A stretch of 62,939 nucleotides of DNA, filler included, from Chiloscyllium plagiosum (Eukaryota), in the NCBI RefSeq assembly GCF_004010195.1. It is 5 parts of one record of this genome, joined end to end, with 100 filler letters (N's around TTAATTAATTAA, not from the genome) between each part and the next. Parts side by side here need not be neighbours in the genome. Positions count along the whole stretch, not along the records: positions 58,077 to 62,939 come from NC_057715.1; 4 more parts are not named here. The stretch is one strand, 5' to 3'. The notes beneath the pieces were generated by a model. The model ran no database searches, was not told where the DNA came from, and worked only from the letters and a program-made list of their open reading frames with translations. This document shows positions 60,677 through 62,939 of this stretch, one piece after another. The position numbers and the translations under genes were made by a program. Each line of letters begins with the position of its first letter. Within the stretch, counting starts at the first letter, position 1.

Positions 60677-62248
60677 CCAGGGGCCGGAGGAGTCGAGGCA
60701 GCAGGAGGCTATGCTGTAGCCCCTGGGAGTTTGGGCGAGTCGGGCCGCGGTGCGGGACAGTCGAGGGGCACCATTGGTTCGTCCCCCGGAGAGAGGCAGC
60801 ACCGCCAGCGCGCTGCAGGAGAGTCCCTCCCCTCCAAGGGCCGGTGCCTCTTCCCCAGAGAGACCGGGGGGGATTTATGGGCCTTCCCCTCCCTGCCTGC
60901 CTCGGTGGTCATGGGGCCCGGGGTCCCTCCCCCCAGCCTTTCCAGGAATACGAATGGCTGGGGGAAGACAGGGGGCATGGCCAAGGTGGGGAGGGCCAGC
61001 CGTGTCACTTCCTGCCCCACCCTGGGTTTATCAGGTGAGGGCGGGCGGGGCAGGGGTCCGGTTCCCTCTTCGGGGCCTGGAGACACGGCCGTTGCAGGAG
61101 GCGGACCAGCGGTGGCCTCCCCCAGGTTAGTGCCAGGGCGTGGCTGGGTTGGGCAGGGCTCAGGGGCCCCCGGGCCAGGTGTCACAGCGCCAAGGTCGGG
61201 CGTTAAAGCCCGAGGGGTTTCTCTATCGGGGTGGGGGGTGGATGTGGGGTCAGCTGGGTTAGGATCAGGTAAGGGTTCGGGAGTGTGGGGGTCAGGGGTC
61301 CCGCGCCGGGGCGACGCTGGCACGGCCGCAGGGGCATTGTCGTGCCGGGGCGGGGCAGGTCGTGGCCTAGGTTCCAGGGAAGGGGATAGGGTGGTCTCCC
61401 CGTGGGCAGGCCTGACGCGTCGTGTTTTCTTCCGCGCCTTCTGGCCGGACGCTCACCCCCTCCCTGCCAGAGGTTGGGACATTGCAAGCCCCTGGCTTAG
61501 CCTCCGGTGCCGGGGCCTGTGGTGTTGACTTCGGGGGAGGGGGAGTGGGTGTGGGTGCGGCGGCACCACCATCAGCCAACGGCGCAGGCTGAGCAGCCTT
61601 CTGGGTGGGGCAGTTTTTTCCTTATGTGCCCCACCTCGCGGCACAGGTGGCACCGCACGCCGTCCGCCGTCCAGAAGGCGCGGTAGGCCACGCCCTCATG
61701 GAGGACGGTGAAAGTGCCCTCGGTGACCTCCTCCCAGGCCAGGCAAATGAACACCTGGCGCCGGAAGGAGTAAATGTGTCGGAGGGCAGGGTCCTTCAGA
61801 CCGAGCAGGAGCGACTGGACACCCGACCGGATTTCCCCCAGGGTGTTGAGGTGGGGGAGAAGGAGCTCGCTGGCAATGAAGGGCGGGACGTTAGAGATCA
61901 TGACCCTCTGGGCCGTAACCTCCAGAGGGTCGACGGGCAGATGTGTCCCGCCCACAGCGAGCCCCCTCTCCACGGCCAGGTGGACCGTCTGCTCGGTCTT
62001 CAGGAAGAAGACGGCCTTCCCATACATCCGGGCCGCAGCGACGATGGCCAGTGGGCCGACCACACTAGGCATGGCCTTGCTGCAGGCCTCGATGGACATA
62101 TTAGAGTGGGATAGGCCTTGACCCCCAGGCGTTTGGTGAGGTGCCTGAAGGGGGTTGACGTCGCAGCCGGGGTTGGGACAGCCGAGCCCAAGGGAGCGGC
62201 TACCCCGGCGTAGGTGTGGCTGGGCCCCGCCATCTTCGGGCTTGCCAT
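60677..62248 (-). mobile_element. Tx1-clade L1 ORF1 with zinc knuckle and Pro-rich C-terminal region, frameshifted
   Basis: Start MASPKMAG at 62248; AARMYGKAVFFL, VMISNVPPFI, LRHIYSFRRQVF, and a CHLCREVGHIRK.(CP) CCHC knuckle broken by an A-run frameshift. Confidence 0.85.
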
Positions 62249-62269
62249 ACTCTGCTGCCGAATGTTAGG

Positions 62270-62939
62270 CCCCAGGCAGCAGCAGCGACGGTAGAGGCAG
62301 GCCTCTGACAACAGCAGCGGTGGAGGCAGGCCTCAGGCGAGTCTACGGTAGGCCTTCGGCCGCAGTGTGGGGGCAGACCTGTTGGGGAGAGTCCCCAAGG
62401 CAAGTCCCAGGCAGCCCCAAAATTGAGTCCCAGGCAGTAGTGGTGGAGGAGCCCAGGGAAAGTCTCAGGCAGCGGCAGCAGTGGAGGCAAGCCTCAGGCA
62501 AGTCCCAGGTAGGCCCTTGGTCGCAGCAGTAGGGGGGCAGACCTGTTTGGGGAGGGTCCCCAAGGCAAGTCCCAGGCAGCCCCAAAATTGAGTCCCAGGC
62601 AGCAGCAGTGGAGGTCCTGGGGAGTGGTCCAAGGTGAGTCCCAGGCAGCGGTGGTGGAGGCGGGCCTCAGACAACAGCAGAAGTGGAGGCAGGCCTCTGG
62701 CAAGTCCTGGGCAGGCCCTTGGTCGCAGTGGTGGGGGCAGACCTGTATTGAGTCCCAGGCAGCAGCAGTGGAGGTCCTGGGGAGTGGTCCAAGGTGAGTC
62801 CCAGGCAGCGGTGGTGGAGGCGGGCCTCAGACAACAGCAGAAGTGGAGGCAGGCCTCTGGCAAGTCCTGGGCAGGCCCTTGGTCGCAGTGGTGGGGGCAG
62901 ACCTGCTGGGGAGGATCCCCAAGGCAAATCTCAGGCAGC
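62270..62939 (-). repeat. GC-rich tandem monomers (about 160 bp) upstream of the Tx1 ORF1; putative 5' UTR
   Basis: 62587-62745 is identical to 62747-62905; diverged related units lie at about 62370-62586. Confidence 0.85.

Noticed and set aside
60074..61528. Very long ORFs (up to 451 aa) in the ORF track
   Set aside because: They are inflated by N-runs and by the GC-rich antisense strand of the Tx1 ORF1.
1..62939. CRISPR array, retron, DGR or other prokaryotic system
   Set aside because: The DNA has spliceosomal exons and vertebrate retroelements throughout. All RT fragments are CR1-group, Tx1 or PLE type, and there is no repeat-spacer array.

Overview
Vertebrate genomic DNA from a cartilaginous fish: the HE1 SINEs are an elasmobranch marker, so this is probably a shark. 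It is not prokaryotic. The window is five assembly pieces joined by identical artificial 100-nt spacers (44N-TTAATTAATTAA-44N at 9133, 31845, 50029 and 57977), so adjacency across them is unproven. Two host genes are readable by splicing small exons: the last five coding exons of VPS36 (minus, 28745 to 20006) and two PH-domain exons of a PLEKHB1-like gene (plus, 52009-52633). Much of the rest is retroelement debris: CR1 LINEs of several ages, a second LINE family, HE1 V-SINEs, a degraded DeuSINE, Penelope-like elements (PLEs), two Tx1-clade L1 pieces, an ERV integrase fragment, and a Gypsy pol relic split by a hAT-type MITE. The most interesting signal is non-coding. At least three PLE families carry minimal hammerhead ribozyme motifs with covarying stems. 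Their termini also appear as 100-220 bp stand-alone insertions, often hairpins, with their own target-site duplications. All family and gene assignments are from recognition of motifs and remembered sequences, not database searches.
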